DNA of 64,000 bases from an uncultured candidate division Zixibacteria bacterium (GTDB taxonomy: Bacteria; Zixibacteria; MSB-5A5; GN15; FEB-12): the NCBI GenBank assembly GCA_963735035.1, contig CAVTJJ010000004.1, positions 608,001-672,000 on the forward strand, read 5' to 3'. Positions 20,172-31,189 of the stretch are shown piece after piece (position 1 is the stretch's first letter; each line of letters starts with the position of its first letter). The notes beneath the pieces are model-generated. The model searched no databases. It saw nothing but the letters and a program-made list of their open reading frames with translations, and was not told the origin of the DNA. A program made the position numbers and the translations under genes.

Positions 20172-21335
20172 ATGAAACCGCTCTTGCTGTCATTTCTGCT
20201 GCTCTTGTTGTGTGGATCGACCGCGGCCCTGGCCGGCGAAAAATCCAATGACATCCTACGTCAGAAGCAGGAGCTGGAGAAGATTCAGAAGGATGTCGCC
20301 TCAGGCCAGAAGCGACTAGACTCGCTCGAGGCGGAGCAGACGCGGGTTCAGAAGGCGATCAGCAAGTACGACGAGAAGATGTCATCGGACCGCAAGGTCG
20401 TTAAACGCCTCACGAATGATTTGAAGAAGATCCAGGCCGACATTGCGCAGGGTGATTCGCTTCTGGCGCAGGCCCATGAAATGTACGATCGGAGCCAGAG
20501 GCGATACCTGGGCAACATCCGTCAGTTCTACGCGCTCGCCAGCCAGCCGACCATCTCGCTGGGTGGTATGCCGAACGAAGAGATAGAGCATCAACGCCGC
20601 CTGGTCTATCTTACTGCCGTCGCTGACTTCGAGTCGGGCACGATCCGCGACGCCTCCGATCTGGTTACCCGTTCCGCCGATGCCCTCAGCGGCATGAGCG
20701 AACGCCAGAAACAGATTTCCGGCCTGAAGAAACAGCGCGAAACCAGCTATGCGCTGGGGGAGAGTCAGCGCCAGAGGCAAGAAAAGAACCTGAATCAGCT
20801 TCGTCACAAGAGTATGACCGAGGCCGACCGGGTGATTAGTCTTCGCCAGGCCGCCGAGGAAATGCAAAATATCGTGGCGCGCCTGGAGGAAGCCCGAGCC
20901 AAACGCGTGGCTGCGAAGCCCGAGACCGGGCCATCGATATTCGCCGGCATGCAGGGACAATTGCTGGCCCCATTCAAGGGCAAAATCACGGAGACGTATG
21001 GCGAGCATGTCGATCAGGTCTCGCGGCTGAAGTCTTTCTCGCCCGGTATAACTATTCAGGGTAAGGCGCGCGGCGAAGTTCTCGCGGTGGCGTCCGGGAC
21101 AATCGCGTATTCCGGCAATTTGCGCGGGTACGGCAATTTTGTTATTATCAACCATGACCATCAGTACTACAGCACTTACGCCGGACTTGGTGAAATCCTG
21201 GTTTCCGAAGGGCAGTATGTTTCGTCGCGCACCCGGATCGGCAAGGCCGAAGCCAGTGGTACGGTCAGGTTTGAACTGCGCAACGGGCGGGAAGCCCTCG
21301 ACCCGGTGAAATGGATCAGAATTGAATCGCTTTGA
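20172..21335 (+). CDS. envC: EnvC-like murein hydrolase activator (coiled coil plus inactive M23)
   Basis: Signal peptide, long coiled coil, LRGYGNFVIINH, FELR...DPVKW lacking Zn ligands. Confidence 0.82.
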   Translation: MKPLLLSFLLLLLCGSTAALAGEKSNDILRQKQELEKIQKDVASGQKRLDSLEAEQTRVQKAISKYDEKMSSDRKVVKRLTNDLKKIQADIAQGDSLLAQAHEMYDRSQRRYLGNIRQFYALASQPTISLGGMPNEEIEHQRRLVYLTAVADFESGTIRDASDLVTRSADALSGMSERQKQISGLKKQRETSYALGESQRQRQEKNLNQLRHKSMTEADRVISLRQAAEEMQNIVARLEEARAKRVAAKPETGPSIFAGMQGQLLAPFKGKITETYGEHVDQVSRLKSFSPGITIQGKARGEVLAVASGTIAYSGNLRGYGNFVIINHDHQYYSTYAGLGEILVSEGQYVSSRTRIGKAEASGTVRFELRNGREALDPVKWIRIESL

Positions 21336-22470
21336 CATAGTAAAAGGCCAGCCCAAAGCCTGGTCGATCCTGGCCCGGGCGCACGCGGCGTCGAAAGTGG
21401 CCTCGACCTATCTCTTATGCGGCCCCGACGGAGTCGGCGCGTGGAGCCTGGCGGTCGAATTCGCGGCGTTGTTGAACTGTGAATCACCGAAGGAACTGAC
21501 TCCAACCGAAGGCATCCGCCGCCCCTGCGGTGTATGTCGTTCCTGTCATAGCATCTTTGGTCTCAACTCCGAGGGCATTCACCCGGTTGTGCCGATAGGA
21601 ACGCACAAGAATCTGGAAGAAGCGATTGATCTGACCAACCAGACGCTCGAGATGAAGCGAACCGAGCCGTTCCAGCTTCTCGATCGCACCAAGTCCATCA
21701 ACATCCCGATTGAACTGGCGAGGGAAACCAAGCGACGGCTATCGCTGCGGGCGTCGGAAGGCATGACGCGGGTCGTGCTGTTCTATCATATGGATGATAT
21801 GCAGTGGTCATCGGCCGATGCTCTACTGAAAATGATCGAGGAGCCACCGTCCGGCACGATCATCATCATGACCTCGGGGCGCCCTGAGGGCCTGCCGCCG
21901 ACCATTCTTTCACGCGCCCAGAAGATTCGTCTGACCCCTCTTCCGGAGGAGATGGTGGTCGAATATCTGACTGTCAATTATGGCGCGTCAGATATCGCCG
22001 CGCGGACCGCGTCGCGCGTCTCGAAAAGATCGCTCGGGCGGGCTATCGCGGTGCTGCCCTCACAGGAGGGGGAAGAATCGGACCCGCGCCAGGTCGGCCT
22101 GATGTTGTTCAAGAGCTTGATGAGTGAATCGTCGGTCGAGCTTGCTGAGCAGATGGGCAAGCTGCTCGATTTCCGGGACCGGGGTGCGGCACAGGAGCTT
22201 GTCAGGCTGTGGCAGTCGTTGATTCGGGATTGCGCCTACTATTCCAACACCTCGGACGAGACTGAAATAGTCAATGTGGATTTCTTCCCCATCCTCAAGC
22301 AATTTGCCCCGCGCCTGGGCGAGGCGGCGGTTGCCAGACGTATGGTCGAAGGCACCAAGATTGCACTTGCCGACCTTGATCTGAATGTGCATATTCAGCC
22401 TGCGTTAGTTGCTATGGCCCTTAAACTTAAGGCCGCAATGGAGACGGGCGGCGGAAACGACGCCCAATAA
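21322..22470 (+). CDS. holB: DNA polymerase III delta' subunit
   Basis: Zn module C..CGVCRSC, ADALLKMIEEP, TILSRA; next to ricT. Confidence 0.85.
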   Translation: MNRFDIVKGQPKAWSILARAHAASKVASTYLLCGPDGVGAWSLAVEFAALLNCESPKELTPTEGIRRPCGVCRSCHSIFGLNSEGIHPVVPIGTHKNLEEAIDLTNQTLEMKRTEPFQLLDRTKSINIPIELARETKRRLSLRASEGMTRVVLFYHMDDMQWSSADALLKMIEEPPSGTIIIMTSGRPEGLPPTILSRAQKIRLTPLPEEMVVEYLTVNYGASDIAARTASRVSKRSLGRAIAVLPSQEGEESDPRQVGLMLFKSLMSESSVELAEQMGKLLDFRDRGAAQELVRLWQSLIRDCAYYSNTSDETEIVNVDFFPILKQFAPRLGEAAVARRMVEGTKIALADLDLNVHIQPALVAMALKLKAAMETGGGNDAQ

Positions 22471-22476
22471 ACTGAT

Positions 22477-23385
22477 TTGGCCGAGTTGTTTCAAGTAGAA
22501 TTCAAAGGCTCCCGTCGGGAGTTCTTCTTCAATAGCTATCATCATGCCTTGAAGCTGAATGAGCATGTCATCGTGCAGGCCGAGCAAGGTGAGGACATGG
22601 GTCGGCTCATCAAACGGCTGGAGCATGAGATATCGCCGGATGCCAAGATCAAGCCGAGATCTATCCTGCGCAAAGCGGGCGACGAAGATATGGCCCGCTA
22701 TCTCCGGCTCAAAGACGATGAAGAGCGGTTCAAGCGGGAAGTAGTCAGCGCCATTCGAAAGCATGGTCTGGCGATGAAAGTGGTCGATGTCGAATGTCTC
22801 TTCGACGGCGGCAAGATCACGTTCTTCTTCACGGCCGACCACCGGGTTGATTTTCGCGCCCTGGTGCGCGACCTGGCGTCGCGCTATCGCACGCGCATAG
22901 AACTACGGCAGATCGGCGTGCGCGATGAAGCGCGGCGGCTCGATGGTTTCGGCGTCTGCGGCCGGCGTCAGTGCTGCAACTGTCACATCCGGGATTTCGC
23001 GCCGGTATCGACATCGCATGCCCGGGAGCAGGATCTTTCGCTCAACCCGGCTAAGATTTCCGGCAATTGCGGCCGCCTGCTCTGTTGTCTCCGCTATGAA
23101 GCCGATTACTACACCGAAGTGAAAAAGCAGTTTCCGCCGGTCGGCTCCACGATTCAGACCGACCTGGGCACCGGACGCATAAATCGGATCGATGTTTTCC
23201 GAGGGGAAGCGCTCTTCGTGAACGAGGAAGAGGCTCACTGTCGCGCCTGTCCGAAAGATATCAAGAACGTGGTCGACACCCGGGGACGGTGGGATGCTCC
23301 AAGACGATCCGACGACATCCCGCTCGACGAAGAAGAACGTCGACGTCTGGCACAATTGGACGACGAATCCCCGAACAATCACTAA
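22477..23385 (+). CDS. ricT: RicT/YaaT PSP1-domain protein
   Basis: RVDFRALV, RIELRQIGVRDEA, CGRRQCC, KISGNCGRLLCCLRYE. Confidence 0.92.
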   Translation: MAELFQVEFKGSRREFFFNSYHHALKLNEHVIVQAEQGEDMGRLIKRLEHEISPDAKIKPRSILRKAGDEDMARYLRLKDDEERFKREVVSAIRKHGLAMKVVDVECLFDGGKITFFFTADHRVDFRALVRDLASRYRTRIELRQIGVRDEARRLDGFGVCGRRQCCNCHIRDFAPVSTSHAREQDLSLNPAKISGNCGRLLCCLRYEADYYTEVKKQFPPVGSTIQTDLGTGRINRIDVFRGEALFVNEEEAHCRACPKDIKNVVDTRGRWDAPRRSDDIPLDEEERRRLAQLDDESPNNH

Positions 23386-23406
23386 TTTCCGAAACGAGGT
23401 CCATCC

Positions 23407-25327
23407 GTGGTGAGACCATTCTATGTAACGACGCCGATCTATTATGTCAATGACGCCCCCCATATCGGGCATGCTTATACAACTATCGCGGCCGACATGC
23501 TCGCCCGGTTTCATCGTCTGGCCGGACGCGAGGCCTACTTTCTGACAGGCACCGATGAGCACGGCAGCAAAGTGGCCGATGCCGCCCGCGCCGCCGGTAA
23601 GACGCCCCAGGAGTTTTGTGATACGATCGTCGCCAAGTACGTCAACACCTGGAAAGCGCTAGACATCGAGAACGACTATTTCATTCGCACCACTTCCGAG
23701 CGACACGCCAAGGGCGTTCATAAAATTCTCGATGTGATGCTGAAGGCCAAGACCCCTGACGGTCGCGAGGTGGTTTACTCCGATTATTACGAAGGGCTGT
23801 ACTGTACCGGATGCGAGAAGTTCATTACTGAGAAAGACCTCGTGGACGGGCTCTGTCCTGACCACAAGCGCGCTCCTGAAAAGATTCGTGAGAAGAACTA
23901 CTTCTTCCGACTGACGGCCTACGTGGCGAAGATCAAGCAGATGATCGAGTCGGGCGAGATGGTCATTCTGCCGGAGGAACGCCGTCGCGAAGTGCTCGGT
24001 CTGATCGGTCAGGACCTGCCTGATTTCTCTTTGTCGCGTGAAAGAGTGGAGTGGGGCATCTCGCTGCCGTTCGATTCGAGCCAGGTGGCGTATGTCTGGG
24101 TCGACGCGCTTTCCAATTACATTACTGCGATAGGCTACGGCGACGATCCGACATTCTTCGAGAAATGGTGGGCCAAGAGCGAAGTGGTTCACCTCATGGC
24201 CAAGGACATTCTCAAGTTCCACTGTCTCTATTGGCCGGCGATGCTGATGGCGGCTGGATTGAAAGTGCCGGACACGATGTTCCTGCACGGTTTCTTCACG
24301 GTCGATGGCGACAAGATGTCGAAGACGCTCGGCAATCAGATCGACCCCAACGATATGGTACGCCAGTTCGGCCCCGACGGAACCCGGTATTTGTTGCTGA
24401 CGCAGTATCCATTCGGTCTCGACGGGGATATACAGGCCAAGCGGTTCGTGACACAGTATAATTCCGACCTCGCCAATGATCTTGGCAATTTGGTTTCGCG
24501 GGTGCTGAAGATTGTCCAGACGAATTGCGATGGTACGGGTCCCGAAACCGGCGCGGGGTATCGACGGACTCGACGAATTGATGGCGGCGGCGGAGAAACT
24601 TCCCGGCGCGACTTATGAATATATCAAGCAGTATCAGTTGACGCATGCGATTGGCGAATCGATGAAACTCATTCGCCAGGCCAACAAGTTCTTCAACGAT
24701 ACCACCCCCTGGATTCTGGCCCGCAACGGCGAAACCGAGAAGTTGGGCGGAATCCTGTATGCATGCCTTGAGGTGATGCGGATTGTTTCGGTGACGCTCT
24801 ATCCGATCATGCCGAGGAAGATGAAAGAACTCCGCACGGTGCTTGGTCTGGACGACCGGAATCTCACTCTTGAAAATGCCCAGGTGTTTTTCGAATTACA
24901 GCCCGGCACCCCGGTGAATGTCACTCAGCCGATCTTCCCACGCATCGAGGTGGCAGAAAAGAAGGCCGAGAGACCGGAGCCGGTCGCAGTCGTTTCGACC
25001 GAAGGATTGATCGACATTTCCGAATTCGGTCGGGTTGAACTACGCGTGGCCCAGGTGCTCGAAGCTGAGCGGGTGCAGGGCGCCGACCGCCTGTTGAAAC
25101 TTCAGATCACTCTCGGCGATGAGAAGCGGCAGATTGTTGCCGGCATCGCGGAATTCTATACACCGGAGCAGATTGTCGGCAAGAAAGTAATTGTCGTGGC
25201 GAACCTGAAGCCGACTATGATTCGCGGCCACGAATCGCGTGGCATGCTGCTGGCCGCCAAGAAGGGGAGCCAGCTTTCGGTCGTGACCGTCGACCGCGAC
25301 CTGCCGCCCGGCGCCAAGGTCAGTTAA
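23407..25327 (+). CDS. metG: Methionine--tRNA ligase with C-terminal tRNA-binding domain (indel near 24538)
   Basis: TTPIYYVN, HIGH, KMSKT; second frame supplies anticodon and Trbp111-like domains. Confidence 0.96.
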
Positions 25328-26103
25328 TGATCGACTCGCATTGTCATATCGATTTCCGTGATTTCGACCGCGACCGTGACGATGTCCTCCGCGAGGCTCG
25401 CGACGCGGGCGTGCACACGATCATTGATGTCGGGGTCGATCTCGAAACTTCCCGCAAGGCCATCCAACTTGCCTCCCAGTCTGAGATGATGTTCGCCACG
25501 GTGGGCGTGCATCCGCATGATGCCAAGAGTTTCGATGAGACAACCCTCGCCGAGTTCCGCAAGCTTGCGAAACAACCTAAAGTCGTCGCGATAGGGGAGA
25601 TCGGGCTTGATTTCTACCGCGATATGTCGCCGCGCCCGGTGCAGAAGACAGTCTTTCATCAGCAGATGCAGCTCGCAGCAGAACTGAAATTGCCCGTCGT
25701 GATTCACACTCGCGAGGCTTTTCGCGAGACAATATTGATTGCGGCCGAATATGCGGGACTAATCCCCGGCGGCGTGTTTCATTGTTTTCCGGGAGACGTT
25801 GACGAGGCTCTCGAAACAATTGAAGCCGGATTTCATTTGGGTATCGGCGGAGTGGTGACATACGATAAGTCGAAGATGGCCCGTGTCGCGGCGGCTGTCC
25901 CACTCGACAAGATGATTTTGGAAACCGACGCACCTTATTTGACTCCGGTGCCGTTTCGGGGGAAGACCAATCGACCCTCGTACGTGCGATTCGTGCGAGA
26001 CAAGATCGCCGAACTTCGCGGCATTACTCCCGCCGAAGTGGAAAAGATCACCGACCGCTCCTGCAAGAAACTATTCGGTTTGGCTGAGACGTTCGGGGGC
26101 TAG
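25327..26103 (+). CDS. tatD: TatD family hydrolase
   Basis: DSHCH, GVHPH, GEIGLD, HCF, ETDAPY. Confidence 0.95.
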   Translation: MIDSHCHIDFRDFDRDRDDVLREARDAGVHTIIDVGVDLETSRKAIQLASQSEMMFATVGVHPHDAKSFDETTLAEFRKLAKQPKVVAIGEIGLDFYRDMSPRPVQKTVFHQQMQLAAELKLPVVIHTREAFRETILIAAEYAGLIPGGVFHCFPGDVDEALETIEAGFHLGIGGVVTYDKSKMARVAAAVPLDKMILETDAPYLTPVPFRGKTNRPSYVRFVRDKIAELRGITPAEVEKITDRSCKKLFGLAETFGG

Positions 26104-26105
26104 TC

Positions 26106-26906
26106 GTGTCATCCTACCATGCCAAGAAGCGATTGGGGCAGAATTTCCTTAAGACCGATTCGGTCATAGATCGGGTCGTTGGTCTGTTAGATCCGAAGGC
26201 AGAAGACACGGTTGTTGAAATCGGCCCCGGTCGTGGCGCCCTCACACTACCTCTGGCAGCATCGGGTGCGACTGTGTGGGCGATCGAATTCGACCGCGAC
26301 CTGGTGGGGTATCTCACGGCGCTCCTGAAGAAGCACGACAACGTCAAGCTGGTCCACGGTGACTTTCTCGCCTTCGATCCGGTCTATGTGCCCGGCGAAC
26401 GATTCAAGCTGATTGGCAACCTGCCGTATAATATCACCTCGCCGGTGATTGACTGGTGTCTGAAATATCGCAGCCGCATCGACTGTGCGGTGTTGATGGT
26501 GCAGAGAGAACTGGGTGCTCGCATAGCCGCGTCTGCCGGGGGCAAAGACTGGTCGCCGCTTTCAATTCTGACTCAGATGGTGTTTGATGTTGAGCAGGTG
26601 TTCGACGTGGCCCCGTCGCACTTTCATCCCCGCCCCGAAGTAACTTCGACCGTGCTCAAGCTTACGCCTCGCGCTGGAGTATATTCTGAGCTGCCCGGTT
26701 CATTCGAGCGGATCGTGCGGGCGTCGTTTCGGCACCGTCGCAAACTATTGGTCAATAATCTTGCGCTGGAAGTTGATGCGAATAGCGCCACGTTGGCGTC
26801 GGTGATGGCCGAATGCGGCCTGACGGGTACGGTGCGGGCGGAAGAGATCGACATCGAAAAGTTTTTGGCATTGACTGAAGCGTTGGAGCGACATAAGCTG
26901 GTGTGA
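26106..26906 (+). CDS. rsmA: 16S rRNA dimethyladenosine transferase
   Basis: KKRLGQNFL, EIGPGRG, NLPYNI. Confidence 0.96.
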   Translation: MSSYHAKKRLGQNFLKTDSVIDRVVGLLDPKAEDTVVEIGPGRGALTLPLAASGATVWAIEFDRDLVGYLTALLKKHDNVKLVHGDFLAFDPVYVPGERFKLIGNLPYNITSPVIDWCLKYRSRIDCAVLMVQRELGARIAASAGGKDWSPLSILTQMVFDVEQVFDVAPSHFHPRPEVTSTVLKLTPRAGVYSELPGSFERIVRASFRHRRKLLVNNLALEVDANSATLASVMAECGLTGTVRAEEIDIEKFLALTEALERHKLV

Positions 26907-26934
26907 TACAGTTGAGTTAGACTCTGTCCGTATG

Positions 26935-27050
26935 GTTGCGTCAGGTCCTGCCCGCCGAAGGCGGGTGTGACCTGACGCTTCCAACGCCAAGAAGACTCAC
27001 GCGTCAGGTCTCACCCCCGCCAAGGGCGGGGGAAGGACCTGACGCAACAG
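26935..27050. repeat. Inverted pair of gttgcgtcaggtc..gacctgacgc palindromes with inner hairpins
   Basis: Each arm pair encloses a cccgcc..ggcggg hairpin; related to 6839-6884. Confidence 0.75.
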
Positions 27051-27071
27051 CATACTCTGGAGTTATTGAAT

Positions 27072-27803
27072 ATGGCTCTCTTAAGCGTAAATCTCGATCA
27101 GGTGGCGACACTTCGCGAAGCTCGCAAGCAACGCGAACCCGACCCGGCCCAGGCCGCTGTGCTGGCCGAGTTGGCCGGCGCGGACGGCATCGCCATTCAA
27201 CTCCGTCGCGACCGCAAATTCATCCGTGACCGCGATCTATACATTCTGCGCGAAGTAGTCAAAACGAAACTGACGGTCGAGTTGCCGCCCGCCGATGAGA
27301 TGATAGCGCGCGCTATCGAGGTCAAGCCGGCCATGATCACGCTGGTGGCCGATCACGCCGACTCCGGCAGCCCGGTCTCCGGGATTGACTTTCAGACTCC
27401 GGCGATTGATTACTCCGATGTCACTATGCGCTTCAAGGGTGTCGGGATAGGGGTATGCTTCTTTGTCGAGCCCGACCCGGACAGTATCAAAGGAGCGGTC
27501 AGGGCGGGCGCCGACGCCGTGCTAATCAACTGCGGCGGGTTCACCTATGCGCTCACGCTCGACGAAGCTCAGCGCGAACTGGATCGCATCGACGCCGCCG
27601 CGCAGGCCGCAGTCAAAGCGGGTGTGTCGATCTATGCCGGGCGCGGAATCAGTTTCAAGAATGTGCTCGCCTTGCACGAGTTGGGAGTGTTCCATGAATA
27701 CTTTGTGGGGCATTCGATAGTGTCACGCGCGGTGCTCAAGGGGATGGAAGCGGCGGTGGCCGAAATGCTGGCGGTGGTGCGCACCGACCTGCCGCAGGGA
27801 TGA
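27072..27803 (+). CDS. pdxJ: Pyridoxine 5'-phosphate synthase-like protein (active-site histidines substituted)
   Basis: VNLDQVATLREAR..EPDP, AGADGI, ITLV, VGHSIVSRA. Confidence 0.8.
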   Translation: MALLSVNLDQVATLREARKQREPDPAQAAVLAELAGADGIAIQLRRDRKFIRDRDLYILREVVKTKLTVELPPADEMIARAIEVKPAMITLVADHADSGSPVSGIDFQTPAIDYSDVTMRFKGVGIGVCFFVEPDPDSIKGAVRAGADAVLINCGGFTYALTLDEAQRELDRIDAAAQAAVKAGVSIYAGRGISFKNVLALHELGVFHEYFVGHSIVSRAVLKGMEAAVAEMLAVVRTDLPQG

Positions 27804-28809
27804 ATGCCATGACCGAACGCGACGACGAACTCACCGGCGAAATCATCACGCACCGCGTCCCGAACGATATCGGCGCGGCCCGGCTGGACAAATATCTGGG
27901 CGATCATGCCGATATCGGACTGAGCCGCTCGCGCGCTCAAAAGCTGATCTTCCTCGGGTTGGTGCTGGTGGACGGTCAGAAAGTTCTATCCAAGCATCAA
28001 TCGAATGGCGGGGAATTGATCGAGTTGTCCATACCGGCGCTGCCGGTCGAAGGGAATCAAGGGCGAAAACATCCCGCTCGATATCGTCTTCGAAGACGAT
28101 TGGCTGGTTGTGGTCAACAAACCGGCGGGGATGGTGACGCATCCGGGGGTCGGCAACCGAAGCGGCACGCTCGCCAATGCGCTGGTCTATCATTTCGAAA
28201 AGCTGTCACACGAAGGCGGCAAGCACCGTCCGGGGATTGTGCATCGGCTGGACAAAGATACGTCGGGTCTGCTGGTGGTCGCCAAGGATGACGATACTCA
28301 TCTGGCGCTGCAGGGGTTGATCCAGATCGCGCGAACTTAAGCGCACTTACCTGGCGCTTATCTGCGGCCACATGAAAGACGACGAGGGGACTATCGACCT
28401 GCCGATCGGGCGGAACCATAATCTTCGCACGCTGATGGCGGTCGACGGCGACGATCCGCGCGAGGCGATCACGCACTGGACGCTTTTGGAGCGGTATCGC
28501 TCGTATGATTTTCTCGAAGTGTCGCTCGAGACCGGGCGGACGCATCAGATCAGGGTGCATCTGGCGCATCTGGGGCATCCGGTGTTTGGCGATCCGGATT
28601 ACGGCGGCCGCGAGAAATGGTTGAACGCAATGTTCGGCCCGGAACGTCCGCTGGCGCGCAAGATGCTGGAGCTTCTGCCGCGCCAGGCACTTCACGCCGC
28701 CCGCATCGAATTTTCCCACCCGCACACGGGGGATGAGATGTCGTTCGAGTCGCCCATGCCGTCGGATTATGCGCGAGTGGTTGACGTTGTGAGGGAAGCG
28801 GGGGCGTAA
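27800..28809 (+). CDS. rluD: RluA/RluD family pseudouridine synthase (indels near 28053 and 28326)
   Basis: S4 RLDKYL..SRS, VNKPAGMVTHP, HRLDKDTSG, TGRTHQIRVH, QALHA over three frames. Confidence 0.88.
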
Positions 28810-28815
28810 GTCTTC

Positions 28816-28970
28816 GTAGGGCGGGTCTGCTTCAAACCCGCCAACAATACGGTAGCTCCCGTAGGGCGGGTCTGTCTCAAACCCGCCAACGTAGTATCGT
28901 AGGGCAGGAGCCCTGCGCTCCTGCTAGCGGTGGCCTCAAAGATGGAAGGTTCGAAGCGAACCTGCCGTAC
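28816..28970. repeat. GTAG-type REP cluster
   Basis: gtagggcgggtctg..aaacccgcc twice, gtagggcaggagc..gctcctgc, and an inverted copy. Confidence 0.8.
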
Positions 28971-28976
28971 AAGAGT

Positions 28977-30260
28977 CTATATCAACCGCCTTAACAAGAT
29001 CTTCACTTCGCGCTCCTGATCACCAAGTCGCAACAGCAGAGTCACCGTTTCGCCTTCACGTGTCATCAGTGGCCCCCGCTTCCACGGATCAGCGTATTCG
29101 GTCGCGACTAGGCCATTGATTCGGACAATCTTGTCGTTAGTAGTTACTCCGGCCTCGGCAGCCGGTGATCCGGGAAGCACGCGGCGTATCGTAAGCATTT
29201 CCCCGTCGCGCCGCCCCAACCAGAGGCCGGACATGTCATATTCGAACGGCTCGCCAAAGGTCTGATTGGGCTCCACGTACATCTTCTGATGTGGGTAGTC
29301 GTAGATGAAATTGAATCGCGACAATAGACCGAGACCGATCATGACTTCGCCAAAGACCTCGCCGGAGTCATCTGGATCGACAAATCCGGCTGTCACCTGC
29401 TCAACCTTGTACCCGCCGATCTCGACGCTCTTAACCCGTCCCCAACTTCCCCGTGTCTCGCCCTGAATGCCAAATCCGAGGGTGCCCGGAACGGCGTTCG
29501 ACGGCGCGGCGAAACGATGCTTGCCTCTGGGGCTGATTTCGAGTTGGTCACCGTATCCCAGGTCCATGTACAGATTGAGCGTCACCGAGCGTCCATCGGC
29601 AAGCTCCAACACGGCCGGAATCGCCCACATGTCCCGACCGAGCGGGACCATTGGGATTTCGCGGCCGTTGCCCTGGTATTTGAATTTGTCCGGGGGAGTG
29701 AGCGTTAGCATCATATGGTCGAAGTCAAACGAGACCACAAAATGCTTCAGGAAGGTCGCGCTGACCTGGCCTTCGACAAACCACGGGTTTGCCCGTCCGG
29801 GCGTGTACGGCATGACCACGGCGGCCTGGTCAGTGAACTCCACACCTGGAACGCGAAGCGTGACCCCGGAAGCGGTCCGTGCCGCCGCTTTGCTCCCCTC
29901 ACCGCTGCCGCCAACGTCGGCGGTGCCTTCGTATTGGAAACTCAGCGAATCGTCCATCGGACTGCCGAAGAAAAGCAACTGGTCCCACAGCACGCCGTTG
30001 TCGAGCAGCATGCGTACCGCGTGGCCATTAATCTCGGCGTCGAACTTGATATCGCCCCGAAAGAGTTCGAAGGGAAAGCTAATCACGCTGTCCTGTCCGA
30101 GTATCCGGTAACTTCCTGGGGGCGGGCCTAGGACCGGGATGGAATCGTCGGCGATGACTGCAGTTGCCGAACCGAACAATATGCCAAGTGCGGTGAAAAG
30201 GTACAGAAGCGAAAGCGAACCGAGTCTGAGCGGATTGCTACAATGATGTTGTCGTTTCAT
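28977..30260 (-). CDS. Secreted tandem retropepsin-like aspartyl protease with C-terminal PDZ
   Basis: LLDNG and YMDLG motifs, IGLGLLSRF, VLPGSPAAEAG..D.I..ING. Confidence 0.82.
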   Translation of the reverse strand: MKRQHHCSNPLRLGSLSLLYLFTALGILFGSATAVIADDSIPVLGPPPGSYRILGQDSVISFPFELFRGDIKFDAEINGHAVRMLLDNGVLWDQLLFFGSPMDDSLSFQYEGTADVGGSGEGSKAAARTASGVTLRVPGVEFTDQAAVVMPYTPGRANPWFVEGQVSATFLKHFVVSFDFDHMMLTLTPPDKFKYQGNGREIPMVPLGRDMWAIPAVLELADGRSVTLNLYMDLGYGDQLEISPRGKHRFAAPSNAVPGTLGFGIQGETRGSWGRVKSVEIGGYKVEQVTAGFVDPDDSGEVFGEVMIGLGLLSRFNFIYDYPHQKMYVEPNQTFGEPFEYDMSGLWLGRRDGEMLTIRRVLPGSPAAEAGVTTNDKIVRINGLVATEYADPWKRGPLMTREGETVTLLLRLGDQEREVKILLRRLI

Positions 30261-30901
30261 GTTGTATGTCCTTCAGGATTGTGAATGGCGTAGGCGAACA
30301 GATCGATGAAACTCCGGACGTATTCGTCCGGGTCGAACTCGGCGAATGAGTAGGTGGTCGTAAGCCCCCGGTGAATGACGCTTCGTAGCGAATGAAGGAA
30401 GAGGCTGATGCTCATATCCACCGGCAGGTCCGGTCGAATAGAACCGTCCCGTACACCTATCTTGAAGATGCCCCGAAGTCCTTCTGCTAACTCCTCATTG
30501 ACTGTCGCAAAGTCCTTGAAGGCCTCACGGCTGAGGTGCTTGCGATCGACCCCGCGATAATCCCAATATGCCTGCAACGTCAACGCATCTGGGTGGGTCT
30601 TGCAGAAATCGTACAGCACTTCGGCCCAGGCGATGAGCTTCTCCAGGCCAGTCGCGGCCGTAGCGGTTCTCTCCTTTTGCAGCGCCCAGCGCACCTTCAG
30701 GTCTTCTGTAAACACCAGCAGGCGGATCTCGTCGGCACTCTTGAAATAGGAGTAGATGGTGCGACGGGTGTAATCTGATGCGGCAGCGATCTCCTCCATG
30801 GCCGTGTTTTCCACTCCGTTTTGGGCAAAAAGGAGGCGCGCCTGCTTGAGGATAAACCGGCGACGGGTGTCTGCTTCCAATTGTCTGCGTTGCTGCGTCA
30901 T
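30257..30901 (-). CDS. TetR/AcrR family regulator
   Basis: ARLLFAQNG...MEEIAAAS..TRRTIYSYFKS HTH. Confidence 0.93.
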   Translation of the reverse strand: MTQQRRQLEADTRRRFILKQARLLFAQNGVENTAMEEIAAASDYTRRTIYSYFKSADEIRLLVFTEDLKVRWALQKERTATAATGLEKLIAWAEVLYDFCKTHPDALTLQAYWDYRGVDRKHLSREAFKDFATVNEELAEGLRGIFKIGVRDGSIRPDLPVDMSISLFLHSLRSVIHRGLTTTYSFAEFDPDEYVRSFIDLFAYAIHNPEGHTT

Positions 30902-30906
30902 ATCCA

Positions 30907-30949
30907 ATTGTACTACACAATATGTATATTTGTCTATACTGTACGAGTA
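30907..30949 (-). promoter_or_regulatory. TetR promoter (TAGACA-18-TACAAT) with two candidate operator boxes
   Basis: TACA-N5-TGTA at 30914-30926 and TACT-N5-AGTA at 30937-30949. Confidence 0.5.
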
Positions 30950-31189
30950 ATATACTTGGAAAGTTGCTGGTTAAAGGTTTATCCCGGTCTTTGGGCGGTG
31001 GTTCCAATCGGGCTGGGCGGGAATGGCGCCGAGGCCCCGGCCGAACTCGATTCCCCCTCGGCCTTTTTCCTTGCCCTAAGTGCCCCAACAAGGTAAACTT
31101 GGGCCGTATTGCGTTCGATATATGTATAATACGGCAGTGGCCCGGTTAGCCGCGCCTAAACGACCGCAAACTGGTTAAAGGGACTTAAC

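Noticed and set aside
20950..21335. M23 domain lacking zinc ligands
   Set aside because: Expected for EnvC-type activators
21400..21460. HolB Walker A lacking lysine as a novel pseudo-enzyme
   Set aside because: Delta' is known to be a non-catalytic clamp-loader subunit
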